From NCBI GenBank assembly GCA_963796105.1, contig CAWCKJ010000008.1:1-64000 (forward strand): a stretch of 64,000 nucleotides of DNA, given 5' to 3'. Shown piece after piece: positions 9,109-18,634 of this stretch (its first letter is position 1; every line of letters begins with the position of its first letter). The notes under the pieces were generated by a model. It was not told the origin of the DNA and did no database searches. It was given only the letters and a program-made list of their open reading frames with translations. The DNA comes from a candidate division FCPU426 bacterium. GTDB lineage: Bacteria; Oederibacteriota; Muellerivitia; Muellerivitales; Muellerivitaceae. A program made the translations under genes and the position numbers.

Positions 9109-9888
9109 ATGAGCATGAAATCCCCACTTCGGCCCGTAACATTTGGTTTTGCGGTTGCCGTTCTTTTAACGGCGTCCAGTTCTTACGCCGACAAGGCCTG
9201 GGACCAATACTTGGGTTTGAATCCGGCCCAAAAGTCACAGCTTAAGGCGGCCGATGAGGCCAAAAAGTCCGAGGATAATCCCGCCAAACAGGACAAGGAC
9301 TCAACTATTCAAAATTTGATGAGCCAGGTGCTGGCAAACGCCGGAGATCCGGCGGTGACACCCCTACTCAGCCAGGTCCTTGGGGACATTAAAACCATCA
9401 ATGGCGCTGAGGATACCTTTTGGTCCGCCATCAGAGGTTTCCTGACTCCTACCCAAACGGCCAAGATTTACCTGAAGCGTCATCAGCCCAAAAATCCCCC
9501 TCAAGCCCCGCCTTCAATTCCCAATCAGGGGAATGCCCAGCCGAAATACAACTGGAACGCATATTTCGGTTTCTCCAAAGATATGCAAAGCCAACTGAAG
9601 GCGGCGGATCAGGCCAAGAACACCCAAATGAAATCGCTCAAAGAAGAAAAAGAAGGGGTTCTCTCCCAAATCAACCAACTGGTTCAAACCACCGCCCCGG
9701 ATTCCGCCATTCAGCCGCCCTTGGGCACTTTGTTCGCGGATATTCAAGCGGAGCACACGGCCGAACAGACTTACTGGGAAACGACCTTGACCGGATTCTT
9801 GAACCCCACACAAGAAGCGAAGTTGTTTCTGCGCCGGCATGCCCCTAAAGGCACTTTCAACCCGCCTCCCCCGACTCAAACGCCTTAA
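9109..9888 (+). CDS. Secreted protein with two tandem Spy/CpxP (LTxxQ)-like helical domains
   Basis: Signal peptide (..SSSYA/DK); internal duplication W..Y.G.....SQLKAAD.AK ... GFL(T/N)PTQ.AK..L.RH occurs twice. Confidence 0.7.
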   Translation: MSMKSPLRPVTFGFAVAVLLTASSSYADKAWDQYLGLNPAQKSQLKAADEAKKSEDNPAKQDKDSTIQNLMSQVLANAGDPAVTPLLSQVLGDIKTINGAEDTFWSAIRGFLTPTQTAKIYLKRHQPKNPPQAPPSIPNQGNAQPKYNWNAYFGFSKDMQSQLKAADQAKNTQMKSLKEEKEGVLSQINQLVQTTAPDSAIQPPLGTLFADIQAEHTAEQTYWETTLTGFLNPTQEAKLFLRRHAPKGTFNPPPPTQTP

Positions 9889-9932
9889 TCCCTAAATCTG
9901 GTTTTGCGGCGCTAAGGGTAGTTCTTTAACTA

Positions 9933-10313
9933 TTAATAATTTCCTTTAGATGGAATCACATGCCTCACGCCGCCGCGCGGATTATCCGTGTCTTTTTTAC
10001 GGCGGGGGATCAAATGGATATGCACGTGAAAGATGGTTTGGCCCGCTGAGGCGCCCTCGTTGATGCCGATGTTGTAGCCGTCCGGCTTGAATTTGCGATC
10101 CAGCAATTGCTTGCATTGATCCACCAGCTCCCAAAGCTTCGCCTTCTCCTCGGGAGAGGCCGCGAAGTAACCAGGGACATGGCGCTTGGGAAGGATCAGC
10201 AAATGGCCCTGGGTGACCGGATACAAATCCCATTTAGCGTAAGCCAATTCGTTTTGCAAAACCATATCGGGAGTTTTGGGCGCGCAAAACGGACAGGTTG
10301 GTTTTTCGGACAT
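9933..10313 (-). CDS. HIT family hydrolase
   Basis: CPFC zinc motif, GHLLILPKRH, AGQTIFHVHIHLIPR histidine triad. Confidence 0.93.
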   Translation of the reverse strand: MSEKPTCPFCAPKTPDMVLQNELAYAKWDLYPVTQGHLLILPKRHVPGYFAASPEEKAKLWELVDQCKQLLDRKFKPDGYNIGINEGASAGQTIFHVHIHLIPRRKKDTDNPRGGVRHVIPSKGNY

Positions 10314-10400
10314 TGTTCTTGGCCTCTATATCTAATGAATCTTTATGCTATTATTCCATTTTACTTGAAGTCTTCATTAAAAATCATATGGAGGGCAATC

Positions 10401-11243
10401 ATGGCCCGGGCAGTTGTCTTAGTCTCCATTCTTTTCCTGGCAGGGCTTTATCCCGGACGGGTTTTAACCTCTACTGATACCATAAACGCACCGGAACAGA
10501 AACCGATCACAGGGACGACTGTCAAATCGCCTCAAGCGGCGGCGAACCCGGAGCAACCCAAGAAAAAACCGAAAAGTTCCGGAAATATGGTTTTAGTGCC
10601 GGCCGGTGTTTTCTGGATGGGTTCGCCCGTGAACAAGGGCTTCGACAATGAGCATCCCAGGCACAAGGTTTGGCTGAGCGCCTATTGCCTGGACCGCTAT
10701 CCTGTCACTTTCGACCAATATGACAGGTTTTGTTCCGCCACCCGCCGCCAAAAGCCTGACGATGGGGGCTTGGGCCGCGGGAAAATGCCCGTCATGAATA
10801 TCAGCTGGTATGACGCGGAGGCCTACTGCAAATGGGCAGGGAAGCGGCTGCCCTCCGAGGCGGAGTATGAAAAGGCGGTCCGGGCCGGGACGGGTTACGA
10901 CTATTTCTGGGGATCGGACGCCAACCAGGGCGGGGAATATGGCTGGTATTTGGACAATTCTTTAGGGAAGACCCATCCGGTCGGAAGCAAGAAAGCCAAT
11001 CCTTTCGGGTTCTATGACATCGTCGGGAATCTCTGGGAGTGGTGCCAGGATTGGTACGGCGACACCTATTACGCCGACAGCCCCAACAAAAATCCCCAGG
11101 GCCCTGCCAGCGGGCAATACAAGGTTCTCAGGGGCGGGTCCTGGACCGACAAGCTCAACGAAATGAGGTCCGCCGACCGCGGGAATAATATTCCGGACTT
11201 CCAATACGGCAAGCACGGATGCCGCTGCGCCAAGACGCCTTAG
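10401..11243 (+). CDS. Secreted FGE-sulfatase (formylglycine-generating enzyme fold) domain protein
   Basis: MVLVPAGVFWMGS, RLPSEAEYEKA, ANPFGFYDIVGNLWEWC, RGGSW, GCRCAK; start MARAVV after GGAGG RBS. Confidence 0.9.
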   Translation: MARAVVLVSILFLAGLYPGRVLTSTDTINAPEQKPITGTTVKSPQAAANPEQPKKKPKSSGNMVLVPAGVFWMGSPVNKGFDNEHPRHKVWLSAYCLDRYPVTFDQYDRFCSATRRQKPDDGGLGRGKMPVMNISWYDAEAYCKWAGKRLPSEAEYEKAVRAGTGYDYFWGSDANQGGEYGWYLDNSLGKTHPVGSKKANPFGFYDIVGNLWEWCQDWYGDTYYADSPNKNPQGPASGQYKVLRGGSWTDKLNEMRSADRGNNIPDFQYGKHGCRCAKTP

Positions 11244-11464
11244 AACCTCAAACTTTAAAAAACTTTACAACAGGTTCCGCTGGAACCACAAAGACACAGT
11301 AAAAAATCTAATTTGCTTAAAGATTGAAACTGTTTTATGGTAAAAAGCAAATTCACTAAATTTTCGTGATGTTTAACTATCTCCGACACCCCGCTATTGT
11401 GTGCGGTGTACTGTGCTGTGCGAAGCACAGCTGTGGTTAAACAGATCTTTTTGGTTGTTCTCGA

Positions 11465-13618
11465 TTATCTTCCCGCGGAATTCTCCAGCATCTGGGCCCT
11501 CTTGAAACATTCCTGGGCGACCTGCTTCTGGCCGGCGCTTTGATAATCCTCTCCGATCTCCCGCACGACCTTCGGGCTCACGGGGTTCATCTCCAATGCC
11601 TTGTTCAACATCTGGAGGGCCTGGGCGTTCATTTTCTGGTCCAGGTAAAGGTCGGCCATCTTCAGGTAGAAAACCGGGATATTCGGGCTCGCCTGGACGG
11701 CTTTACGGTATAGTTCCAGCGACTGGTCCGGATGGCCCTCCCACTGGATCACGGTGGCCAGGTTAACCAGGTTCTGGGGGTTGTAAGGGTCCAGGGCCAG
11801 GGCCTTCCGGAAGGCGTCCTCCCCCTCGGGAAATTTTTTCAGGAAACCATAGCTCACTCCCAGACGGCTGTAAGCCTCCGGCTCCTCAGGATCGCTCGTG
11901 ATGACCTCCCGCATGACCCTCACCGCGGCCTCGTGCATGCCCTTATGCTCGTAGATGGACCAGAGGTTCATCCGCGCGGGCCGGTAGAGGGGATCGGACG
12001 CGGCGGCGGCCTCGAATTCCTCCTGCGCCTGGTTGATGTCACCCTTGTAAAGAAGCACTGAGGCGTACCCATTATGGGTCGTGGTGAAGACGGGGGGAAT
12101 GGTCATGGCTTTCTGGAATTCCCTCAGGGCGTCGTCGATTTTTCCAGTTTCCATCAGCCAACCGCCGAGGTAGGTATGGGCGATCTGGGAGTCATCCGGA
12201 TAAACCTTTGTGACGCTTTCCCATAGGGTTTGGGAATTTTTCCAAAGGGCGATTTGCCTGACCGTCGCGAAACCGTAACCCGAGACCATCAAAAGGTAAA
12301 CCAGCCCCAAGGCCAAGTACCGGTTGGAAATCCGATAGGCGGCGTACCCGGCGACCGGAAGGAAGAGGCCCAGGCAGGGAAGATAGGTATAGCGGTCCGC
12401 CGCGGCCTGATAGCCCACCTGAATGACGCCCACGACGGGGGCTAGGGAGACCAGGTAATAAAACCAGGCCGCGCCCAAATAAGGCGCCTGATGCCTGTAA
12501 CGCCAACAGGCCCAGGAAATAAGGGCCACCAAGGCCAGGGAAAAGAGGTTCTCGAAGAGATAGAGAGACCCTGGCTGTTGGGGAAAGGGATACATGGGGA
12601 GAAGTTCCACCGGTAGCGCCATTTTCCAGATGTAAAAGATGAGGGACCGGAAGGCGTTAAGGATTTTGGAAACCTCGTTCAAGTTCACGGCCGGGGAAAT
12701 GAAATGGGCGTGCGCGAGGAAGGAAAGAACCGCTCCCGCGGCGGACAGGATGAAAAAAAGGATTTTCTCCTTGAGAACCACGGCCCTTTCCCCGGCCCAG
12801 CGCTGAAGAGGCCAATAATCCAAGACCAGTAATACGAAGGGAAGACTCACCGCCATGGGTTTGGACATCAAGGACAAAAGAAACAAACCCAGGCATGCGT
12901 ACAACTGGGAAGTTTTCCTCGCGGGAGATGCGGCGTATTCCAGGTACAGAAACATGGCCGGAAGATAAAAGAAACTATAGAGGACATCTTTTCGCTCGGT
13001 GGCCCAGGCCACCGATTCCACGTGGATGGGATGAAGCCCGAAAAGGATGGCGGTCATGAGGGCCGCGGGAATGGGGGGCACCCGGAATCGAGAGAATCCG
13101 TCAGGCCCCTTGGAGTTCCTTTCCGCCAGGACGAGGATTTTGACGCTGAGAAGAAAAACCCAAACGGTATTTATCGCGTGGAGGAGGATATTAGTCATGT
13201 GAAAAGCCGCAGGGTTTGGGCCGGACATCCTGAAGTTTAGGGCGAAAGTAAGCCAGGTCAGGGGGATCCAGTTACTGGAATGGAAAGTAGTCAGCATCCA
13301 GAGAAGAGAGCCGGAATTGAGGTGTTGGATATGGAGGTTTTCCAGGATCGTGTCCCGGTCATCCCAGTTGACGAATTCGTTATTGAGAACGGGAAGGTAA
13401 AACAACAATACGGCCAAGACGAGAAGGATGGCGTAAATCCAAAGAAACGAGGGGGGCTGTGCGGCGGTGGAAGACGGAGCCTGGTGGCGGGCTATGACGG
13501 GTATTGGATCCGCCGGAGGAACAGGGGAGAACACCCCGTTGGAGGGGACCTCGGGGATTGGTTCCGCGGGAACGGGCGGGTTTTGGGGAATGAAGTCTTT
13601 CCTTTTCTTTTTCGTCAA
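11465..13618 (-). CDS. TMTC-like GT-C glycosyltransferase with C-terminal TPR repeats
   Basis: 'FVNWDD', 'WIPLTWL', 'LHPIHVESVAWATERKDVL', 'SKPMAV', 'AADRYTY', 'W.NS.TLW', then a TPR array. Confidence 0.88.
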   Translation of the reverse strand: MTKKKRKDFIPQNPPVPAEPIPEVPSNGVFSPVPPADPIPVIARHQAPSSTAAQPPSFLWIYAILLVLAVLLFYLPVLNNEFVNWDDRDTILENLHIQHLNSGSLLWMLTTFHSSNWIPLTWLTFALNFRMSGPNPAAFHMTNILLHAINTVWVFLLSVKILVLAERNSKGPDGFSRFRVPPIPAALMTAILFGLHPIHVESVAWATERKDVLYSFFYLPAMFLYLEYAASPARKTSQLYACLGLFLLSLMSKPMAVSLPFVLLVLDYWPLQRWAGERAVVLKEKILFFILSAAGAVLSFLAHAHFISPAVNLNEVSKILNAFRSLIFYIWKMALPVELLPMYPFPQQPGSLYLFENLFSLALVALISWACWRYRHQAPYLGAAWFYYLVSLAPVVGVIQVGYQAAADRYTYLPCLGLFLPVAGYAAYRISNRYLALGLVYLLMVSGYGFATVRQIALWKNSQTLWESVTKVYPDDSQIAHTYLGGWLMETGKIDDALREFQKAMTIPPVFTTTHNGYASVLLYKGDINQAQEEFEAAAASDPLYRPARMNLWSIYEHKGMHEAAVRVMREVITSDPEEPEAYSRLGVSYGFLKKFPEGEDAFRKALALDPYNPQNLVNLATVIQWEGHPDQSLELYRKAVQASPNIPVFYLKMADLYLDQKMNAQALQMLNKALEMNPVSPKVVREIGEDYQSAGQKQVAQECFKRAQMLENSAGR

Positions 13619-13822
13619 ATGCCCCGTCCTTGACCGGAATTCTTATCATATTAATCCAACTCATCCCCAGTGATGAACCCCCAATATGGATATTTGATGA
13701 TTAATCCTTTATTTCAGCTTTATTTGAGGATGGGATCATCCGGGGGTGGTATTCTTTTTCGTAATTCTTTTGAAAGTTTCACGGGGGGATTTTATCTTAG
13801 GGATAAATTTCGAGGCCTAAAG

Positions 13823-14263
13823 ATGGTTTTCGCGCGAATAAAAAAACCAACGGCGTTTTCCTTGTTCCTGGGGCCAATGATCCTGGGTATGGCCCTATTG
13901 GCTTCCTGCGGCAAAAGCGGGGACCAGGGAAGCGGCGGTTCCGGCCCCAAACCCACCCACACGCCTTTTTTCAAGCTGACGCCGGTCACCCAGATGGTTT
14001 TTCCCAATCCCTGGGACAAGATCCAGCCCTTGAATGTCCGCCCGCCGATTTTTCCAGCGCCCACTGACGTCAAGATCCAGCTGATTGATTCCTCTTTCGA
14101 GGAGGTATTGGGTTTCGGAATAGCCAAATTGAATCCCGGATCGGAATTCACCCTGCCTGCGAATATGCCCACTAAACACGGGACCCCCTATCTTCCCGGG
14201 ACCTATTACCTGGTCATCACCACCTCATTCGGGACCTGGGTGGATCAGATCCAGGTCAAATAA
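13823..14263 (+). CDS. Lipoprotein with C-terminal T9SS-CTD/FlgD-Ig-like small beta domain
   Basis: Lipobox LLASC, Gly/Ser linker, 'VFPNP...LPGTYYLVI...IQVK' tail; start moved to MVFAR after GAGG. Confidence 0.6.
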   Translation: MVFARIKKPTAFSLFLGPMILGMALLASCGKSGDQGSGGSGPKPTHTPFFKLTPVTQMVFPNPWDKIQPLNVRPPIFPAPTDVKIQLIDSSFEEVLGFGIAKLNPGSEFTLPANMPTKHGTPYLPGTYYLVITTSFGTWVDQIQVK

Positions 14264-14308
14264 CCCTCGAGATTGAACCCCTGGTTGGATTGAAACCGAA
14301 GGGAATAT

Positions 14309-16753
14309 ATGGCAGGTCTGAAAAAGTCGAGGCCCAGGGCTCACCGCAAACCGGCGGGTTTGGGTGTTCGTGGAACCCGTAAGCCCCAATGGCCAAGCCC
14401 CCTGGTTCTTTTCTATGGAACCCTTTTCCTTTTGAGCCAATATTTTTTAAGCGGCCTTTTGCCGGACTCCTATAAAGTCCCGATCATGAGTCTTTCCTGG
14501 ATTTTGGCTTTGTTTGCCTTTTTCTTCCGAGGGAAACTCAAGACGCTTTTCATGGGGGAAGATCGAAAGAATTCTTTTTTTCCCTTGGCCTGGAAGCTCA
14601 ACCATGCGGTTCAAGAAAAGGGTCCCATTCCCATATGGGACCGGGCAGCCCTAATAGCCGCGGCGGGGTTCCTTCTTTATATTTCCGTCTTGTTGCGGCA
14701 CCCTCTCACCCATCCTCAGGAACTCATTGGAGTACAGGATATCGACTTCAACTTTCCCTTCCGGTATTTCTGGGTTCAGAGTTTAAAAAGCGGCGACCCG
14801 GCATTTTGGGAGCCCTACGCCGCTCTTGGAAACCCGTTTCCCGAAACATTGAACGTCGGCGCATTCTCCCCCTTCAATCTCATTTACCTCATTCTGCCAG
14901 TGGCCTATGGCATGACCTGGTTAAGTTTCATCCATTTTTTCATCGCGGCATTCGGAACCTACCTGTTCATCAAGGCTCTTGGCGGGGGAAGCTGGGGATC
15001 CTTTCTCGGGGGAATGAGCTTCGCATTCTCCAGCTATTTCCTCTCCCATACGGAAGCCGGGGGGATCAACATGGTCTGGGCCAGCGCTTGGTTTCCCTTA
15101 GCCCTATATTTCCTGAAGCGCTGCACGGAGAATTTTAAAATAACAAACCTGGCAGCCGCCGGGACCATCATGGGTCTGCAAGTTCTAGAAGGGCATCCCC
15201 AGATCACCTTTTATTCCTACATGATCGCGGCGTTCTTCTTTCTGGCCTATTGGATCGGGAAGAAGATCAGTTTCCGGCAATTCCTCCTGGGAGGAGCCGG
15301 TACGGTTTTGTTGTCCTTGGTTCTTTCGGCCGCCCAATGGCTGCCGTCCTTTCTATTCATCAGCCGCAGTAACCGGTGGGATTGGGGCTACTCGAAAATC
15401 ATGACGGATTTCACGAACCCACGGAACCTGACCTATTTCATCAAACCCTTTTACCTGGGGTCCCCCTTGATGGCGAGTTATTTTCCCGAGAACAATGGGG
15501 GATACCATGAGATGGCCACCTATATCGGATTGATTCCCCTGTTCCTGGCCCTGGCCGGTTTGGTTTGGGCGGGGCGAAGACCCCTCATCAGGTGGTTTTG
15601 GGTCCTGGCGGTTTTATTCACCTTGCTGGCGATGGGGGACTCGACCGTCCTTTCCCACTGGATTTACAATTTTTTTTACGCGGTTCTTCCGGGATTCGGA
15701 CGCAGCCGAAGCGTGGGGCGGATCATGCTATTAACCCTTTTTTGCCTGTCCTGCGCCGCGGGATTGTCCCTGGAGGAATTCAGCGGATCCTGGCGGCGGT
15801 GGACCGGTGGAATCTTGAAGCGGTCGAACGGCCCCAAGCGGATGCTGGCCTTGCTTTTGCCTGCCGTCCTGACCGCGGGCGCCGTGCTTGACCTTTGGCT
15901 CTACGATAAGGACTTCATTCGAGGCATGAAGCAGGATGTTTTCTTTTCGGGCGCCCCCAAATGTCCCGGGGACGTCACTTCCGAGGCGCTTCGGGACAAG
16001 GAACTGCCCCGGATACAGGGAGACAAGTACTTCGAGTGGGAAATGATACCCCGTGTTTCCCAGCCCTTGAGCCGGTTCGCGGACACGGTATTGATCCGCG
16101 AGACTGCGGATTACCTGACGGCGCTCCAGTCGAATTGGGATTCCCCCCTGTCGGACTTGATCGATCTCAAATACCTCTTCGACAAGGATTTGGCGAACCA
16201 CCCGACGAACCGTTGGAAACCCTACCGTGAGGAAACAGTCGTGAACCTCCAGGCGGCTCCCAGGGCCTTCGTGGCGGGAGGTTATGAATGGGTCCCCTCC
16301 GCCCCGGACGCGATCGGGAGAATCTCAAAAAACACATTCGACCTCAGGGAGCAGGTCCTATTGGAAAAGGAGCCGGAGGAGAAGCTGTCTTGGGAGAAGG
16401 GGCGGGCCGGGGAGGCCGAAATCACAAGGTATGGAAACGGTTCCCTGGAATTGTCCTGTAAAAACACGAGGCCTGGATTTCTTTTCCTCTCCGACTCCTA
16501 CTACCCTGGTTGGAGGGCTTGGGTGGACGGTGTAGAGAAGCCCATCCTGCGCGCCGACGGAGCGTTCCGGGCAGTGGTCCTGGACAAGGCCGGCGAACAC
16601 CGCGTGAGGATGGAATACCATCCCACCCTTGCGTATTTTTCCCTAGGATTCACCCTTATTGGGTGGGTTTTGTTAATCGGATGGGCGGCGTTTAGAGTCT
16701 CAAATAGATCAACAAACCCGCCAGGGCGGCGGCCAGGACAATCCAGGCTGTGA
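14309..16753 (+). CDS. YfhO-family membrane protein (putative GT-C glycosyltransferase)
   Basis: 'FWEPY..LG.PF', 'GHPQ', 'YIGLIP', C-terminal 'LSDSYYPGWRAWVDG...ILRADGAFRAV...GEHRVRMEY.P'. Confidence 0.85.
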   Translation: MAGLKKSRPRAHRKPAGLGVRGTRKPQWPSPLVLFYGTLFLLSQYFLSGLLPDSYKVPIMSLSWILALFAFFFRGKLKTLFMGEDRKNSFFPLAWKLNHAVQEKGPIPIWDRAALIAAAGFLLYISVLLRHPLTHPQELIGVQDIDFNFPFRYFWVQSLKSGDPAFWEPYAALGNPFPETLNVGAFSPFNLIYLILPVAYGMTWLSFIHFFIAAFGTYLFIKALGGGSWGSFLGGMSFAFSSYFLSHTEAGGINMVWASAWFPLALYFLKRCTENFKITNLAAAGTIMGLQVLEGHPQITFYSYMIAAFFFLAYWIGKKISFRQFLLGGAGTVLLSLVLSAAQWLPSFLFISRSNRWDWGYSKIMTDFTNPRNLTYFIKPFYLGSPLMASYFPENNGGYHEMATYIGLIPLFLALAGLVWAGRRPLIRWFWVLAVLFTLLAMGDSTVLSHWIYNFFYAVLPGFGRSRSVGRIMLLTLFCLSCAAGLSLEEFSGSWRRWTGGILKRSNGPKRMLALLLPAVLTAGAVLDLWLYDKDFIRGMKQDVFFSGAPKCPGDVTSEALRDKELPRIQGDKYFEWEMIPRVSQPLSRFADTVLIRETADYLTALQSNWDSPLSDLIDLKYLFDKDLANHPTNRWKPYREETVVNLQAAPRAFVAGGYEWVPSAPDAIGRISKNTFDLREQVLLEKEPEEKLSWEKGRAGEAEITRYGNGSLELSCKNTRPGFLFLSDSYYPGWRAWVDGVEKPILRADGAFRAVVLDKAGEHRVRMEYHPTLAYFSLGFTLIGWVLLIGWAAFRVSNRSTNPPGRRPGQSRL

Positions 16754-16922
16754 GGCGGATCCATCGGCGGGGGCTGGATAAGAACCTCGGGGAAGCCTGC
16801 TCCGCTTCCATTTCTTCCTGGGAAATCTCCCACTCCTCGGGCAATTTCCAACCGCAATGGGGGCAGGGGGCCCATTCGCTATCCATTTCTTTCCCGCATT
16901 TCAGGCAAACCAACTCATCCAT
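16692..16922 (-). CDS. Small zinc-ribbon membrane protein
   Basis: CLKCG...CPHCG plus C-terminal TM helix; AAGGAG RBS; 3' end overlaps the YfhO-like gene by 62 bp. Confidence 0.7.
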   Translation of the reverse strand: MDELVCLKCGKEMDSEWAPCPHCGWKLPEEWEISQEEMEAEQASPRFLSSPRRWIRLTAWIVLAAALAGLLIYLRL

Positions 16923-16977
16923 TCCGCAGCTCCTTGGCTGATGGTTGATGATAACCCGATGGGGGTACTCAAGGGAT

Positions 16978-17078
16978 AATTAAAAATGAACAATGAAGAA
17001 TGGAAAATGGATGATAAATGAGGTCGGCATTAATCGAATAAAAAGAAATTTTAAATTTTCAATTCTAAATTTTAAATT
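16978..17078. repeat. Inverted heptamer (AATNNNN)n arrays
   Basis: AATTAAA AATGAAC AATGAAG AATGGAA AATGGAT, then ATTTTAA ATTTTCA ATTCTAA ATTTTAA ATT. Confidence 0.55.
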
Positions 17079-17143
17079 AATGGAGCCCGAGATTAACTAG
17101 AATGTCCAATGAGGGATAAGAGGGCATGAAAGGAAATTAAATC

Positions 17144-18634
17144 ATGGATACAGACGGCCATAAGAAAAGCTTCCTGAAGAGCAGTTTCCTGGAGTGGATC
17201 GCGGATCAAGCCATGTCCGAATACGGCCTTAAGGCGGTATTTTCCCCCGAAGCCCTGAAACAATTGAACGAGATCCAGGGCCCGGCGAAGGACCCCCAAC
17301 ACCTTCTCAAAGACATGATCAGCCTCCTGTGGTGCTCGATTGACAACGACGATTCCAAGGACCTGGACCAGATCACAGTGGCCGAGGATTTAGGCGGGGG
17401 AAAAACCCGCGTCTGGGTGGCCATCGCGGACGTGGACGCCCTGGTTCCCCTCGGTTCGCCCTTGGACCTCCAAGCCCAGGCCAACACCACATCGGTCTAT
17501 ACCGGGGTTCATACCTTCCCGATGCTTCCGGAAAAGCTCTCCACGGATTTGACGTCCCTGTCGGAAAACCAAGAAAGACTGGCGCTGGTGGTGGAGATGG
17601 ACCTGGACCAGGACGGCCGAGTGACGGCCTCCCAGGTCTACCGGGCCCTCGTGAAAAACCAGGCCAAGCTGGCTTACCACAGCGTGGGGGATTGGCTGGA
17701 GGGAAAGGGACCCTTGCCGGAGGCGGCGGAGCGCGTGAAGGGGATGGACCAACAGCTGCGCCTCCAGGATCAAGCCGCTCAAAAATTGAGGGCCTTGCGC
17801 CACGAGCAAGGCGCGCTGGAACTTTCCACCCTCCAGCCCAGGCCCGTCACCCAGGACGGCATGGTGGTGGACATGAGGCAGGAGAAACAAAACCGCGCGG
17901 GTGAGTTGATCGAGGATTTCATGGTCGCGGCCAACGGGACCACCGCCAGGTTCCTGGACCAGAAGGGTTTTCCCACCCTCCGCAGGGTGGTGAAGGTTCC
18001 CGAAAGATGGGAGCGCATCACCGAGGTGGCGGCGGGAATGGGTGAGAAACTGCCGGCCGAGCCCGATTCCAAGGCCCTGAGCGCCTTCCTGGCCAAGCAA
18101 AAAACCAAGGATCTCCTGAGGTTTCCGGACCTTTCCCTGACCGTCGTCAAACTTTTAGGGCGGGGGGAGTACGTCATGGAGAAACCAGGGGAGGCCCCCC
18201 TGGGCCATTTCGGGCTGGCCGTCAGCGACTACAACCACTCGACCGCGCCCAACCGAAGATACCCGGACCTGGTCACACAGAGGCTGTTGAAGGCGGCGCT
18301 AGAAAAGAAGAATCCACCCTATGGCACGGCGGAATTGACCTTCCTTGCGTCCCACTGCACCCAGCAGGAGAACGCGGCGGACAAGGTAGAGCGCAGGATG
18401 AGGAAATCAGCTGCCGCCTCCTTCCTCGCCAAGCGGATCGGGGAGAAATTCGAGGCCATCGTCACTGGCGCTTCCGGAAAGGGGACTTGGGTGAGGCTGA
18501 TCCATCCCCCGGTGGAAGGCTATCTCACCCAGGGGGCGAAGGGCCTGGATGTGGGGAGCCGAGTGAATGTGAAGCTCCTCAGCGTTAATGTCGAGAAAGG
18601 CTGGATCGATTTCGCGGTTATCGCTGGAAAATGA
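17144..18634 (+). CDS. RNB-domain exoribonuclease (RNase II/R family, short form)
   Basis: SIDNDDSKDLDQ catalytic motif, LIEDFMVAAN, HFGLA...Y.HSTAPNRRYPDL, C-terminal S1 domain. Confidence 0.92.
   Translation: MDTDGHKKSFLKSSFLEWIADQAMSEYGLKAVFSPEALKQLNEIQGPAKDPQHLLKDMISLLWCSIDNDDSKDLDQITVAEDLGGGKTRVWVAIADVDALVPLGSPLDLQAQANTTSVYTGVHTFPMLPEKLSTDLTSLSENQERLALVVEMDLDQDGRVTASQVYRALVKNQAKLAYHSVGDWLEGKGPLPEAAERVKGMDQQLRLQDQAAQKLRALRHEQGALELSTLQPRPVTQDGMVVDMRQEKQNRAGELIEDFMVAANGTTARFLDQKGFPTLRRVVKVPERWERITEVAAGMGEKLPAEPDSKALSAFLAKQKTKDLLRFPDLSLTVVKLLGRGEYVMEKPGEAPLGHFGLAVSDYNHSTAPNRRYPDLVTQRLLKAALEKKNPPYGTAELTFLASHCTQQENAADKVERRMRKSAAASFLAKRIGEKFEAIVTGASGKGTWVRLIHPPVEGYLTQGAKGLDVGSRVNVKLLSVNVEKGWIDFAVIAGK

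Noticed and set aside
10107..10400. N-terminal extension of the FGE ORF
   Set aside because: Overlaps the HIT gene antisense; RBS and signal peptide support a start at 10401
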